Source: Octopus vulgaris
Taxonomy: Eukaryota
Assembly: GCA_951406725.2 (NCBI GenBank)
Contig: OX597835.1
Location: 17,360,001-17,424,000, forward strand
Reading direction: 5' to 3'
Length of the DNA: 64,000 nt
Of this stretch, positions 37,730 to 51,558 are shown piece by piece. Below the pieces are notes generated by a model. The model saw nothing but the letters and a program-made list of their open reading frames with translations, made no database searches and was not told the origin of the DNA. Positions within the stretch are counted from its first letter, which is position 1. The number at the start of each line of letters is the position of its first letter. A program made the position numbers and the translations under genes.

Positions 37730-39010
37730 CAGGGTGCGTAAGATATGTGAGGACTGATTTACGTTTATAAAAAAACTCCACAGATATATAATAACAGATA
37801 ATAACTTTATTTATCATAAAGGCTATGAAGATAAAAATAAACCTTCTTTTCTATAATGTTATTCAATAAAGCCACCTTCAGCTTCAACAACTGCTTCAAT
37901 ATGAGATCTAAATCATCTACATACTCGAATCGAGTGCTCCTGGTTCATTCTGGACATTACTCTTCCCATGGCAGCTTTGAGAGAATCTTTGGTGTTATGG
38001 GCATGTTCATTGAGCTCTCTCTCAACAATGCTCCACATGTAATAGTCCAATGGATGGAGAGCTAGGGAATTAGGAGGCCAAATGTAAGGGGTTATGTGAT
38101 TATTGAACATTTTCAGTCATCCATTCCTAGAGCCATGGCTTAACATTTATTTAAGGACCTCAATGTAGGCGTCAGAAGTAACTCTAAGACTTTGTCGAAA
38201 GAAGTAAGGAGGCATCACATGTCCTTCATTAATGACAAACCCTAAAACCTAGAGAGTTGCAGGAAAGTTTGTATGCATAATACTTGGAACTTCAGAAGGG
38301 TCTGCACATAACAATCAGTCATATCTTCTGTAAACTTTTTGATCTTGTTTGAAGTTTTTCTCGTTTCAGAAAAAACAAATCAAATTTTCTTCTGTTGGAT
38401 TTTTCAGTTTGTTTAAGAACCTTTTAGATCTGATGTAGTAATTTCTTTTGCTTTTTCTGAGAAATTGACCTTTTCTCATCATATAACGCTTATGTGATAT
38501 CTTCGTGGACAGCATTTCTGTTTGTCCCTTCTGAAAATTGACCTCATGGATTTTCTGGGATTGTAATCAATGATCTCTTGAACTTGCTGGATAAATTAAG
38601 GTGTTCTGATGATTTTAGAGCGTTTAGAATGCTTTTTATGCTTTTTATGCTTTTTATGCTTTGATACTGGTGATACGCTTCCATCTTCAGTTTCTAGCAC
38701 CTTATAAACACTGTAGATGAAAGATTTGGCAACTTTTAAAAATCAAGATATTTCTAAATCGCTATTTTAGCCTTTATAACCAAAATAACAGCATGCAAAT
38801 ATTTTACAGAGTTAGAAACATGCACCAGTGACCCCAATAAGGTATGTCCTCAAATACCTGACGTACCCTGTACCTTGCTAATACCTTGCTAGTACGAAGA
38901 TAAGTTGAAAAAACCGCGTGTAACGTAAAGTCAATTTTGATTGGGAAATATCTCTTCGATCCAACTAATTCATTGGCAATCTGATTTAGTCTCATCTTGC
39001 AGACACACAA
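37730..39010 (-). mobile_element. Decayed Tc1/mariner-superfamily transposon (maT/DD37D-like)
   Basis: Minus-strand remnants at about 37860-38800: EKNFKQDQK, DPSEVPSIMHTNFPA, NEGHVMPPYFF, WPPNSLALHPLDYYMWSIVE (third catalytic residue D). Many stops and frameshifts; TIRs unclear. Confidence 0.8.
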
Positions 39011-39101
39011 TTTTTAGAATCATATTTTCAAACTGACTATATATTTCCAGTTAGATAGTAATTAAAAATAAAATAACAGTACATAATAATATTAGTAATT
39101 T

Positions 39102-39521
39102 AGGGGCAGGAGTGGTTGTGTGGTAAGTAGCTTGTTTACCAACCACATGATTCCGGTTTCAGTCCCACTGCTTGGCACCTTGGGCAAGTGTCTTCTACTG
39201 TAGCCTCGGTCCGACCAAAGCCTTGTGAGTGGATTTGGTAGACGGAAACTGAAAGAAGCCCGTCGTATATATATATATATATATATATATATGCGTGTGT
39301 GTGTTTGTGTGTCTGTGTTTGTCCCCCTAGCATTGCATGACAACCGATGCTGGTGTGTTTATGTCCCCGTTACTTAGCGGTTCGGCAAAAGAGACCGATA
39401 GCATAAGTACTGGGCTTACAAAAGAATAAGTCCCGGGGTCGAGTTACTCGATTAAAGGCGGTGCTCCAGCATGGCCGCAGTCAAATGACTGAAATAAGTA
39501 AAAGAGTAAAAGAGTAAAGAG
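39102..39521 (+). mobile_element. SINE family A, full length
   Basis: Collinear with 33460-33880; tail (gtaaaaga)n. Confidence 0.93.
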
Positions 39522-40167
39522 TACAGTTTCACAAAACTTTATATACGAAAAACGAAGCAAATTAAGCATACAGTTATTTTTCACGAAAAGCAAAATAAAT
39601 TTTCTTTAAAACGGATCCATATTGTAACCATTTGATCCATCATAGAAATTACAGAATAATTACAGAATAATTTATGGAATTCCATTTTGTTGTTTAGTAT
39701 TACATGCAATGAAACCTCTTCTACAGTTTCATTTTTTTAAATTTACAAATCCACGAATTACTATTTCCTTTTATAAGACTGATATTTATTAAACTCCATT
39801 AAGCTTATTCTGTTGCACATCGCTGTATTAAAACTCGTATTCTCCAGTAGTATCTAACCGAACAGATAAATATTATACAGGTCCAACAACTATTCCATAA
39901 TACAAAACTTTATTATAGCTTATCTCGATTTTATTTTAATCCAGTTCATATTCATCCTATAATAATTGATATTGCAATTTGTAATTTCACATATGCCTTT
40001 TCATGAAACCTTCTCTAAATATGTAATGTATTTTGTGTATAATGTATATTTTAGATAATAACACTGCTTTAAGATACACCAAATCGTTCGTAGTAACAGC
40101 ATATAATTTCACGCACGTAAATATTGTTGTTATGATAAAACTCTGCAGCATGTAATGCTACTTAACG

Positions 40168-40637
<470 letters not shown>

Positions 40638-40806
40638 TCTTTGCACAATCGAATAAGAATCAGAGTTTGGCTGCACGAAATTCAAGGGAAAATTCTAACA
40701 AATTTGCCTTCGGTCAGGCTCTTTAAAATACACACACATACACACACAGTACCTACCTACTTATGTATATATATATATATATGTATATATACGTGTTGAC
40801 GATATA

Positions 40807-41189
40807 TCTCTCTATATATAAACGGCAGTTTGTCTGTGCGTGTTTCTGTGTGTCTGTTTTCTCGTACCCTCACCCTGACCACGGCTTTCAACCGATTCTG
40901 ATGAAACTTGACACACACATAGCCCAATGTCATAGTTCAAAACTAACGCAGCGAAAATTTTGAAAAGTTCCCCCAGTTCTGAAAAAAATTGATAAATTCG
41001 ACATGGGGTCGAGAATCAGAAACACAAATTGCAAATTGTCTAGGGGACTCAACTCCACCTTTTTTAACTAAAAAAAAAATTTACCATCATTTTTTCCCAT
41101 CTTTTTGCTGTTTTTTGGCTATAACTCTCTAAAAATGCTTTATAGTTATTTACCTTACAAACCTGAGCAACGCCGGGCGATACTGCTAG
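40807..41189 (+). mobile_element. Non-autonomous Helitron
   Basis: A|TCTCTCTATATATAAA 5' end; 3' end cctgagcaacgccggg-cgatactg-CTAG|T. No TSD. Confidence 0.85.
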
Positions 41190-41548
41190 TATGTATATAT
41201 ACACAAACATACATACATATGTATTGTTTACTGTAATTTGTAAGGAATAATGCTATGTGAAAATGAATGTGCTAAATGTGATATTCAGCTCACTCTCTCT
41301 CTCTCTCTCTCTCTCTTATTTAGTGCGAGATTATTGCCTGAAAATCAAGAGACATTATCTTATAACATGGTTCTCCATTCAGGTCCACCCCTATATAAAT
41401 ATATGTGTGCCTATGTGTGCGTGTACGTACGTATGTATGTATGCATGTTTGTGGGTATGTATGTATATATATATATATATATATATGTATGTCTATATAT
41501 ATATTTACGTATGTATGTCTGTGTATATGTATGCCTGAATGTAAGTCA

Positions 41549-41593
<45 letters not shown>

Positions 41594-41692
41594 TATATAT
41601 ATATTTACGTATGTATGTCTGTGTATATGTATGCGTGAATGTAACTCAGTATATATATATATATATATATATCCATATACATATATATATAC

Positions 41693-41840
<148 letters not shown>

Positions 41841-42254
41841 GTACATTCATTCATTGTTTCCTAGGCATAATAAACTAGAACCTCTTCAGAACTGTTATCC
41901 TGCAATTATCTTCCTTCAGTTCCAACCTCTTGTCACCGTATAGACCTCCACTAGATTAAATGTTTACATACATACATATGTATTTCTTGTTTTGCAAAAT
42001 ATATGGCATATTGTAAATACTACTTACGATATATACAGCATAAACAAAAACATTTTCTTCAATTACCAAAGCAGTTTGTCTACCTTAAATTATGTGTTAT
42101 TTTACCGTGTTATGTAGCTCTCCTAATTATTTTAATAGAGAGCGAATACCAAGAAGTATAATTCAGTTCAGCTCCTCCATTTTCTACATTTTTTTCTATC
42201 CATTCACGATTTGTTTATACGAACACACATATATAAATGAGTGATAAATTATAT

Positions 42255-42314
<60 letters not shown>

Positions 42315-42357
42315 TCATATATATACATAACATACACACGCACATTTATATATATAT

Positions 42358-42396
<39 letters not shown>

Positions 42397-43770
42397 AATA
42401 TATAAAAATACGTATATCGATATATAGGACCGCGTGTATTTTTATATGTGCTTGTGTGTCTATATATCTGTGTGTGTATGTATATATATGCATATGTATA
42501 CATACAGAGAGAGAGAGAGAGAGAGGGAGAAAATAGAGAGAGAGCTTGTTAGAAGCATTCATCTATACATACTACATACAATACAATACACGCCAGAAAA
42601 ATAACCTTTTGTGATGACAACAAAAAATATCGTTATTGTTGTGTGTTACATTAATTGAAACGTTTATTATTTTAAACATATTTACTTGAAATTTGTTACT
42701 GTTTATGATAAAACCCCAAAAGGAATGATAGTCGGAATTTTAACACCTGTTGTCCAAAGCGAGAATTCTCTTCACAGCAAACCGCGGCCGAATGGTGTCT
42801 TTTTACTGGCCAAACATGACGCAACATATTCGAAGTTATCTAAACGTTCGCTTATCTTATATAAAAGACACGAACACAAACACGTGTGCGTCGAGCTACT
42901 CACAGTTTCCGTCTACCAAATTGACTCATAAGGGAATGTTTGACCCGGAGCTTTAGTTGATAATATTTTCTCAAGTTGCCATGTGCTGGTACTGAATTGG
43001 CTGCAAAGTGAATTTCTTAAAGAAGCTATGCCTGAGCCTATATACCTTATTCGTGTGAGATCAGGAGATATTACTGGGTGAAATTTCGAAGTTACAGCCA
43101 ATCATTAAATGTATAATAGATATCTCAATTTCCTTTTCTTATTAATATTGCTAAAAATAACATTTGCTACAATAAATAGATCACTTTTGTAAACAGAGAG
43201 AGATTCAAAAGATACATACAACACCCGATACGCTTTCTATGCCAAAAACCTCCCACAAAAAAAAAAACAAAACAAAGAAAATCATTACTAGCTCCTTGAA
43301 ATCGGGTCTACTTAAAAGGTCGTCAAATAAATCGAAAGATTTTTGTAGGAGATCCGATAGACTATTTACTTCTTTGAAGAAATATTTTCCTGAAGATAAA
43401 ACGAAAAATTAATTTGGCATAAAACAAAGTAAAAACGTTCTCCTACTAAAAGTGTATTTTTAGCGTTTGAATGTCTCTTATCTTCATCAAAAATATGAAG
43501 TTTACAAGAAATATCAATCCATTTCAGAAAGATATCAGCAGCAAGATGAAAAAGTTTAAAAACAATCAACAATGTTTTTGTGAAACAAGAATCTTATCCG
43601 AGATCAACCGTCCTAATAATTATTCCTCTTTAGTTCACAGCGAACATAAAAGAAAAATCAATTTACTCTCTTAAAGTAGGTATCATTGTAGAGTTCTGTA
43701 GAGGGGAAGACAAGCGCAGTTTAGCCACAAAATGTTCCACTTTTTGTTTCATTATTTTCATATTCAAATA

Positions 43771-44338
43771 TTGGGTTGTACGGAAAGTTCGTGCCGATTT
43801 TTATAGGAAAGGAAAAAGGTCAATGAATACTTGCCATTACATTTTTAATCAACCAAATATGAACCATTTTGTTGCACAATACGTCTCCATCTTTCCCTTT
43901 AACTTAAAAATATCCTCTCCCCAGAATTGAGGTGGTTTCATGACAAAGAATTCATCAAGATACCTTTTTACGTCATCCAAGGAATTGAAATTTTTACCAT
44001 TAAGACTATTCTGCAGAGACCTGAATAAGTGGAAATCCGAAGGAGCAATATCTGGTGAATAAGGAGGGTGGGGTAACACATTCCAACCGAGCTGCAGCAA
44101 TTTTTGCCTGGTTCCCAAAATATCAAGTGCTGAAAAAGAACTTTCTTATCTTCCATTTTAAAGGACTTCAGAATTAACACAGGTTATAGGAACATAAACC
44201 TGCTTCTACGAAAAGATAGCTTTAACTGTGCTCTAAATGGAGGTGTAGTCAATTCCTATTTTATGGACTCAACCAGGTTCTAAAATAAGTCGAAATGTAA
44301 GCTACTATAAATCGGCATGAACTTTCCGGACAACCCAA
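43771..44338 (-). mobile_element. Internally deleted mariner element
   Basis: ~30-bp TIRs ttgggttgt(a/c)cggaaagttc(g/a)tgccgattt with TA TSD (43769-70, 44339-40). N-terminus MEDKKVLFQHLI is joined directly to C-terminus LGWNVLPHPPYSPDIAPSDFHLFRSLQNSL. Confidence 0.96.
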
Positions 44339-44696
44339 TACATTTTCCCGTGAACAGTTATATATAATTTGTAAGTTCTGCATGTGAACTTTCTTCTCAT
44401 TTACCTTTGATTAAAATCCGACGCTTACATATCATGCATGTTCCCACAGTCACCACGGTATTTTCCCCCATTCACAACGTTTGTTCTGGTTTTGGTTTTC
44501 ACTGCTGAACGGTAACGCTGGAGCAGTATAAGTCGAATTCGGCGGTAATGATAGTCACGAAGAAGACTTGTTTTGTATTATTTTGATGTAAAAATCGATG
44601 TAGCTTAGTGAGATAATCATTATAAAATTTAGAAGTTAGAGGTTTTTTCGTTAATGCTCACTTAGAAAATAATATATTCTGCATGATTTCTATACT

Positions 44697-44879
44697 CTAA
44701 GAAAGGAGATTTCTCGCGAATTCCATACGGCCATCGTCGCTTCTGGCCACGACATAGCGCAAAAGCACAAAGGCAATAGAAAGGCAAGTAGCACTGATGC
44801 AACTTGTCAAAATACCATATTCCTGTGCTGCGACGGCCGAAACGGAACACAAATACAAGACTCCGAACGTGAGTTTGAG
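44697..44879 (-). CDS. Candidate terminal coding exon, unidentified
   Basis: Acceptor tttcttgaaattctAG then a GC-richer unique stretch. Phase 0 reads LKLTFGVLYLCSVSAVAAQEYGILTSCISATCLSIAFVLLRYVVARSDDGRMEFARNLLS*. A second frame is also open, so the frame is ambiguous. Confidence 0.25.
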   Translation of the reverse strand, partial: LKLTFGVLYLCSVSAVAAQEYGILTSCISATCLSIAFVLLRYVVARSDDGRMEFARNLLS

Positions 44880-45584
44880 CTAGAATTTCAAGAAACACAT
44901 GAACTAATTAGTGATAAAAAATATATTTCTACGAAAAATGCACTAAATTAAGCTACATAAATCTAGATTCCAAAATTAGTATGAAATCGTCGTTTTGAGA
45001 ATGCAATTTATCGTCTCTCGCTGCTTTAATAACGTTTAGAGAGCAAGACTCGAATGAAATGCTTCCTCCTGTTTATGTCCAACGGTATGGGGAAAAGTAT
45101 TGGAAAAATTCCCATCAAATCGAAGAGAATCTAACTTCTGTGGATGCCCTGATCCCATATGGTTTATAACATTTTTTGATAGTCTATTAAATTTTTTTCG
45201 AAATCGTGTCATATTACAGAATCTCAGGATTAATTTCGTTCTATATCTTCTACAAACATCCACACTCAAATCTCTGTAGCGTCTACTTTTGAATTTAGCT
45301 GGGTCTGATAATACAGAGAGAGAGCTAGCGCTTACGTCGCGGAATCGACTGTTTTGTACCTGCAACAAAATAGATTTAATATAGATATTTTGATAATTGG
45401 CAAAAATTAATAAAATGTTTCATAGGCAACTTCTATTCCTGGACACTATTAAGTTGCGTTACTTGAAGATGACTATCATCTCAGTTTTAAAGATGCGACT
45501 TTACAAATATGGCTAATAATTCAGTTAGGCTTAATTAGGGTAAATTTCGACCAATTCAATGCCATTCAAATTGTCATAGTGCCT

Positions 45585-45785
45585 AAAATCGAAGCTAGAC
45601 CTCTTCTTGTCGAGAGTTCCAGATGAACCTACATCACGTCAAGAGGTGCAAATGAGGGTAGCTATATCAAACTCTATTCTTCACCAAGTGCCATATATTG
45701 GATGAGGCTCTCGGTAATAACAGTGTAGCAAAACGGCGGTGCATCAGCATGGCCGCAGCTCTGAGCTGAAACTACAAAAAAAAAA
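45585..45785 (+). mobile_element. 3' end of a CR1/L2-group LINE
   Basis: KSKLDLFLSRVPDEPTSRQEVQMRVAISNSILHQVPYIG* (stop 45703-45705) fits the K..LD.FL..VPD.P...A.SNS..Q ORF2 C-terminus. The 3' UTR ends in a stem-loop and A-rich tail. Confidence 0.75.
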
Positions 45786-45989
45786 TATTCATCGCAATTT
45801 CGCAAATAGGGTCTCAAAATGTCTGTTTTTGGGTGCTCTAAGAGTAAAGTATAGAATAAGTTGCATCAAATATTCTCAAAAATTTCATACTGATGCCTAT
45901 TTAAAGGGTGTCAATATTAGTGCGAAAATCTGCCTCCTAACTAGATGATAGGACTAAACCACTTGTAACCAATAATAAAGAAAAAATTA

Positions 45990-46700
45990 TATATATTTCA
46001 CATTTAATGATCACAAAACTCACTTTGAAACCATCTTCAATGAAGCTTATTAATTCTTCTGAAGCAATTATAGGAATTATTTGTAAAAATATATTATTCT
46101 TGTTCTCAAAATGAAGACCAGCTCACAGTTACACTTTTGGAATAATACAAATTCAGTAACAGAATGGTTTAATACCAAACTACAATAAAAGAATTGCCGT
46201 TTATTCTAATTTGATAGGAAGGATTACTACCCTACAATTACTGACTCTAAATTTACAACCGCATTTAACCAAACAAAATCAATGATATTGGTCAAAGCCA
46301 AATTTATTGATATTATCATATATCGAAGAAAATGTTTACTGTACTATGACAACTGTAGATCAGAACAAAAACGCTTATTGCTTCAAAGTATTACGCTAAG
46401 ACCAGTGATGTTGTTTACTTTAAACACATTGCTTAATAATAACTCTGAAGGTAACCAGCGAATCGATGGCCTGTAGTTATTAAATAATCACATTACTACT
46501 CTAATCTTCACGGCCCTCCATAATTTTTTCAAAGAATTAGTTTTGTTAATTACTAATGAAGCTTATCTAATATTGTTTAACTTCGTTCGATGTGTATATC
46601 ACATGGACAATTCTCAATAGGGTCCTTGCATAAAACCTAACACTAAACTTCAATACATGCACGAAAATTTAAATAACCCCTAAAAATGTTAAACGAATTA
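45990..46700 (+). pseudogene. Decayed Penelope-like reverse transcriptase (Naiad/Chlamys-like)
   Basis: Ordered motifs YFTFNDHK.HF, KLIN...IG.ICKNIL, WNNTNSVTEWF, FDRKDYYPTIT, DIII.RRKCLL, RIDGL (cf. YRDDGL) and KPNTKLQYMHENLNNP (cf. KPN....Y.H..SNHP). Contains stops and frameshifts. Confidence 0.75.
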
Positions 46701-46744
46701 TATAGTAAAATCTATTATTAACATCATTTACGTTTTTTTTTGTT

Positions 46745-47300
46745 TGTTTTATTGTTTTACTTATTTCACTCATTACACAGCGGCCATGCTGGTGCACCTC
46801 ATTGAGGAATTTGGGTTGAATGAATCAACCCCAGTTCTTCTTTTATTTTCAATCTGGTACTTATTATATTGGTCTCATTTCCCGAACTGTTATGTTACAG
46901 AGACATAAACAAACCATCACGCGGTTGTCAAAAGGTGGTAGCAGTGGGCAAACAGAGGCACAAAGACACACACGCATACGGTCTCTTTCGCCGAACTGCT
47001 AATCTACGGGGACGTAAACACACCAGCATCGGTTGTCAAGCGATGTTGGGAGGACAAACACAGACACACAAACATGTACACACAAAAAATATACATACAC
47101 ACACATACACACACACACACACAATCGGTTTCTGACGGAAGAATGAAGGCTTTGAATGACCTGTCTGTTTTTCATGTTCCTCCCTTCGTGTATTTCACGT
47201 TATTTTTATTTATATATGTAAAGTTTTATTATATATATACATATATATATACAATGGGCCTCTTTCACTTTCCGTCTACCAAATCCACTGACAAGGCTTT
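46745..47300 (-). mobile_element. SINE family A fragments with duplicated body
   Basis: Old copy 46745-46978, second body 46979-47075, remainder 47250-47300. Confidence 0.75.
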
Positions 47301-47489
47301 ATGCTTAAATGATCCTTTACACTGTAATCACAAATTACATGACAGGGTTCAGTATTAGTTTCACTGTGAAGGCTTCGCTTTATAGACATAGGATGTTTTG
47401 AACAGAAATAAAAAAAAACCTTGTAAACCAATGTCATTTTCGAATAGGTAAAGATTACATAAATCAGTACAGAAGCAGCCCACCGTATC

Positions 47490-47781
47490 TTCTCTTTTAT
47501 CTTTCATTTTTTTTCTTATTCGTTTCGATCATTAGACCGCGGCCAAGCTGGGGCATCGACGTGAAGACGTTTTAGTCGAATAAATCGAACATAGTACTTA
47601 CATTTTTTTCGTTTTGTTAAACCTATTTCTTATTCAAACTTCATCTTTTGCCGAACTACTAAGTTACGAGAACGTAAGCAGATCAACACAGGTCAAGCGT
47701 TGGTGGGGGACAAACACAGGCACAAAGGCACACACACACACACGCTACAGGTATCTGTCTGTCTGTGTGTCTGTCTCTCTC

Positions 47782-47824
<43 letters not shown>

Positions 47825-47995
47825 CGTGTATATATATATATATATATATATGACGGGTCTTTTTTCAGTTTCTGTCTACCAAATTTACCCCCAAGGCTTT
47901 GGTCGCCCCCAAGCCTATAGTAGAAGATATTTGGTCAAAGCACCGAGCGGTAGGACTGAACCATGTGATTAGGAAACAGGCTTCTTACCAGATAG
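47490..47995 (-). mobile_element. SINE family A, degraded
   Basis: Tail, body, TA tract and head remnants are collinear with the family. Confidence 0.8.
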
Positions 47996-48666
47996 GCGCA
48001 GATAGGCGCATATCTGCTGTGATTTGTATGGAGATAATCTCCCGTAAACCCTCAAACCCTCTACATTTCCATTTTTCTCCATCTCTCTATATATGCGTGT
48101 GAGTGTGTATGCGTGTGTATTTCTAAAGAGAAAGTGAGATAGAAAGAGACAACAGTGGGAGGGAGGGAGGTATTAGGTAACAAGCAATTACTTTTAAAAG
48201 ATGGGTTAACCACCATATACAATTGCTCAGAAACCGGAACCAATGTGATGGAAACTATCTATATTTAGGGTAAGACATTTGAAACAAAATCCATTAATTT
48301 TAAACCCTATTCCTTCACAATAGAATGTTAAAGAAATCGTCGTTACATATTTTATGGTTGAGAGATTAATGAAAATAGCTCAGGGGTTGATGGGTCCACG
48401 CCTAAAATTTATTCGAAAATTATAAGTTTAGTGACACCCTGTAACTGACGGCCATGATGTAGTTATGTAAGCATAAAACAAGAGGACAAAAACCATACAC
48501 CGCTACTTGAAATCGCAAGGTATTTCAAGGTAGGATAACTCTCTCGTGTACGAGACCTCCCTTGACCTCTCTCTCTCGAGAGAGAAATCTGCAGAAGTGA
48601 TGATATCTCTTTGTCACAAATGGGCAAAATCTCCTACAATCAATACTAAACGATCTACTGTCTCTC

Positions 48667-49073
48667 TCTCTTTTACTCTTTTACTTGTTTCAGTCATTTG
48701 ACTGCGGCCATGCTGGAGCACCGCCTTTAATCGAGCAATTCGATCCCATCCCGGGACTTATTCTTTTGTAAGCCCAGTACTTATTCTATCGGTCTCTTTT
48801 GCCGAACCGCTAAGTAACGGGGACATAAACACACCAGCATCGGTTGTCAAGCAATGCTAGGGGGACAAACACAGACACACATACACTCATATATATATAT
48901 ACATATATACGACGAGCTTCTTTCAGTTTCCGTCTACCAAATCCACTCACAGGGCTTTGGTCGGCCCGAGGCTATAGTAGAAGACACTTGCCCAAGGTGC
49001 CACGCAGTGGAACTGAACCCGGAACCATGTGGTTGGTAAACAAGCTACTTACCACACAGCCACTCCTGCGTCT
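48667..49073 (-). mobile_element. SINE family A, full length
   Basis: Close reverse complement of 39102-39521. Confidence 0.93.
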
Positions 49074-49274
49074 GTTTCTAATGAAAAAATAACTTTCTGA
49101 GACAGTTGAGATGTACTTTAGAAAAGCAGCATCAACGAAAGAAAGTAGACACTTATATTTATGGTGACAAATGCTTTTATGACCTTCATGTAAATCTTTC
49201 AATATGTACCTTCGCACACGCGCCCACACACACAAAAAGTGTTTATATAATATTATGCCTGTATCTATATATGT

Positions 49275-49488
49275 GTGGAGGCGCAATGGCCCAGTGGTTA
49301 GGGCAGCGGACTCGCGGTCGTAGGGTCGCGGTTTCGATTCCCAGACCGGGCGTTGTGAGTGTTTATTGAGCGAAAACACCTAAAAGCTCCACGAGGCTCC
49401 GGCAGGGGATGGCGGTGATCCCTGCTGTACTCTTTCACCGCAACTTTCTCTGACTCTTACTTCCTGTTCCTGTTGTACCTGTATATAT

Positions 49489-49566
<78 letters not shown>

Positions 49567-50050
49567 GAGGCACAATGGCCCAGTGGTTAGGGCAGCGGAC
49601 ACGCGGTCGTAGGGTCGCGGTTTCGATTCCCAGACCTGACGTTGTGAGTGTTTATTGAGCGAAAACACCTAAAAGCTCCACGAGGCTCCGGCAGGGGGTG
49701 GCGGTGATCCCTGCTGTACTCTTTCACCGCAACCTTCTCTCACTCTTACTTCCTGTTCCTGTTGTACCTGTATATATACACACATACATACATATATATA
49801 TATATATAGTGGAGGCGCAATGGCCCAGTGGTTAGGGCAGCCGACTCGCGGTCGGAGGGTCGCGGTTTCGATTCCCGGTTTCTAGCGTTGTGAGTGTTTA
49901 TTGAGCGAAAACACCTAAAAGCTCCACGAGGCTCTGGCAGGGGGTGGTGGCGATCCCTGCTGTACTCTTTCGCCACAACTTTCTCTCACTCTTTATTCTG
50001 TCGGCCCGCTCGCTTAGCCAGCGGGGTGGCGTCAATGAAGGCTAAAACAA
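49275..50050 (+). mobile_element. Three tandem copies of tRNA-derived SINE family C separated by (TA)n
   Basis: Copies start at 49275, 49564 and 49809. A box TGGCCCAGTGG, B box GGTTTCGATTCC. Confidence 0.93.
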
Positions 50051-50316
50051 AAACATATATATGTATGCATTTCTATATGTATATTAATTGATACACACAC
50101 ACGGGCGCGCACACACCTCATGAGTTTTGAACGATAACAGAGAGAGGAGCCTGTTAACGTCTCGTGTGTGAGTTTTCCTTTTGCTGTCCTTCTGTGCATT
50201 TTCTCATCTATCTATCTATCTATCTATTTATTTATTTATCTATCCATCCGTCTGTCTGTCTAGCCATCCATACATATGTCCGTCTGTCTGTCGTTGTCTG
50301 TATATGTGTCTATCTA

Positions 50317-50354
<38 letters not shown>

Positions 50355-50356
50355 AG

Positions 50357-50411
<55 letters not shown>

Positions 50412-51190
50412 GTCTATCTATCTATGTGTGCGTGTGTGTATGTGTTTATGTGTGTGTGTGTATGCTTGTGTATAGAGACACTAAAATGAATATACGAGTG
50501 CCTATATAAATATTTACATATGCATATATGGGTGTATACATTTACATGCAGAGGGAAATACACACACACAAATAAACTCACACACACACACAAATAAACT
50601 CACGCACACACACACAAATAAACTCACGCACACACGCAAACAACTCAGACGCACAGACGCTCACGCTTAGAACAAGAAAAGAAACGAGGGTGGATTGAAA
50701 GGGGGGCGAAAGAGAAAGTGAAAGTAAACGAGATGGAAAGAAGGAGACGGTATATCCGTTAATCAGTGTTGTCGAAAGAAATATGAGGATACAATTCGGA
50801 AACTAAGAGGAAAAAAAATACAGATTTTCCTATTTACAGATAAACAACTTACTTTTTATGACTACGCCATTTTTTTCTGCCATTGCTTCATTCCTTCCCC
50901 CCACCTCTTTCCCTCTCGCTCTGTCTGTCTGTCTGTCTGTCTGTCTCTCCTTACTGTTGATGTCCGCATTCCGCTCTCCTCCACTTTATCTCAGTTTCCA
51001 TGTTGCTATCTTTATTTCTTCCTCTTCTTATTTCTTTGCCCGGTTCTCTCTTTCTTTTCCTCTGTCCATGCTTCTTGTAAACACCCCCTACCTCCGATTC
51101 TCTTGTATATCTTCTGTCTCTACATATATTTATATGAGTATGCATCTGTATGCATCTCTCTCTCTGTCGATCTGTCTCTCTATTTATCTG

Positions 51191-51277
<87 letters not shown>

Positions 51278-51367
51278 ATTTGTCTGTCCATTATTCTATC
51301 TATCTTTCTATTTGTCTGTCCATCTATCTATCTATTTGTCTGTCCATTTATCTATATATTTGTCTGT

Positions 51368-51558
51368 CTTTTTATTTTTTAATTTTATTTATCTATTTTT
51401 TTTTTGTTCTTTTCTTCCCTTTTACGATCCCTCTTGATCGAAAACCTACGCCACCCCCTTTTTTTTTCTTTTTTTTGTTTTCTTCATCCCCCAAAAGAAA
51501 AGCTCTACCTTGTAACTTGTCCCATCTGTGTGCAGCCCTGTGTGGCCAATAAAGAAAC

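Noticed and set aside
43464-43559. Plus-strand exon candidate RLNVSYLHQKYEVYKKYQSISERYQQQDEKV* after tatttttAG
   Set aside because: Short, with no partner exon and no recognisable homology.
48542-48587. Short palindromes tctcgtgtacgaga and tctctctcgagagaga
   Set aside because: Short and low-complexity; expected by chance in CT-rich DNA.
48844-49092. Recurrent ORFs such as EDTCPRCHAVGLNPEPCGW
   Set aside because: Antisense translations of SINE family A, not a gene family.
49275-49350. Possible tRNA genes here and at 12445-12520 and 18420-18495
   Set aside because: Cloverleaf stems are imperfect and each continues into a repeat body; these are SINE heads.
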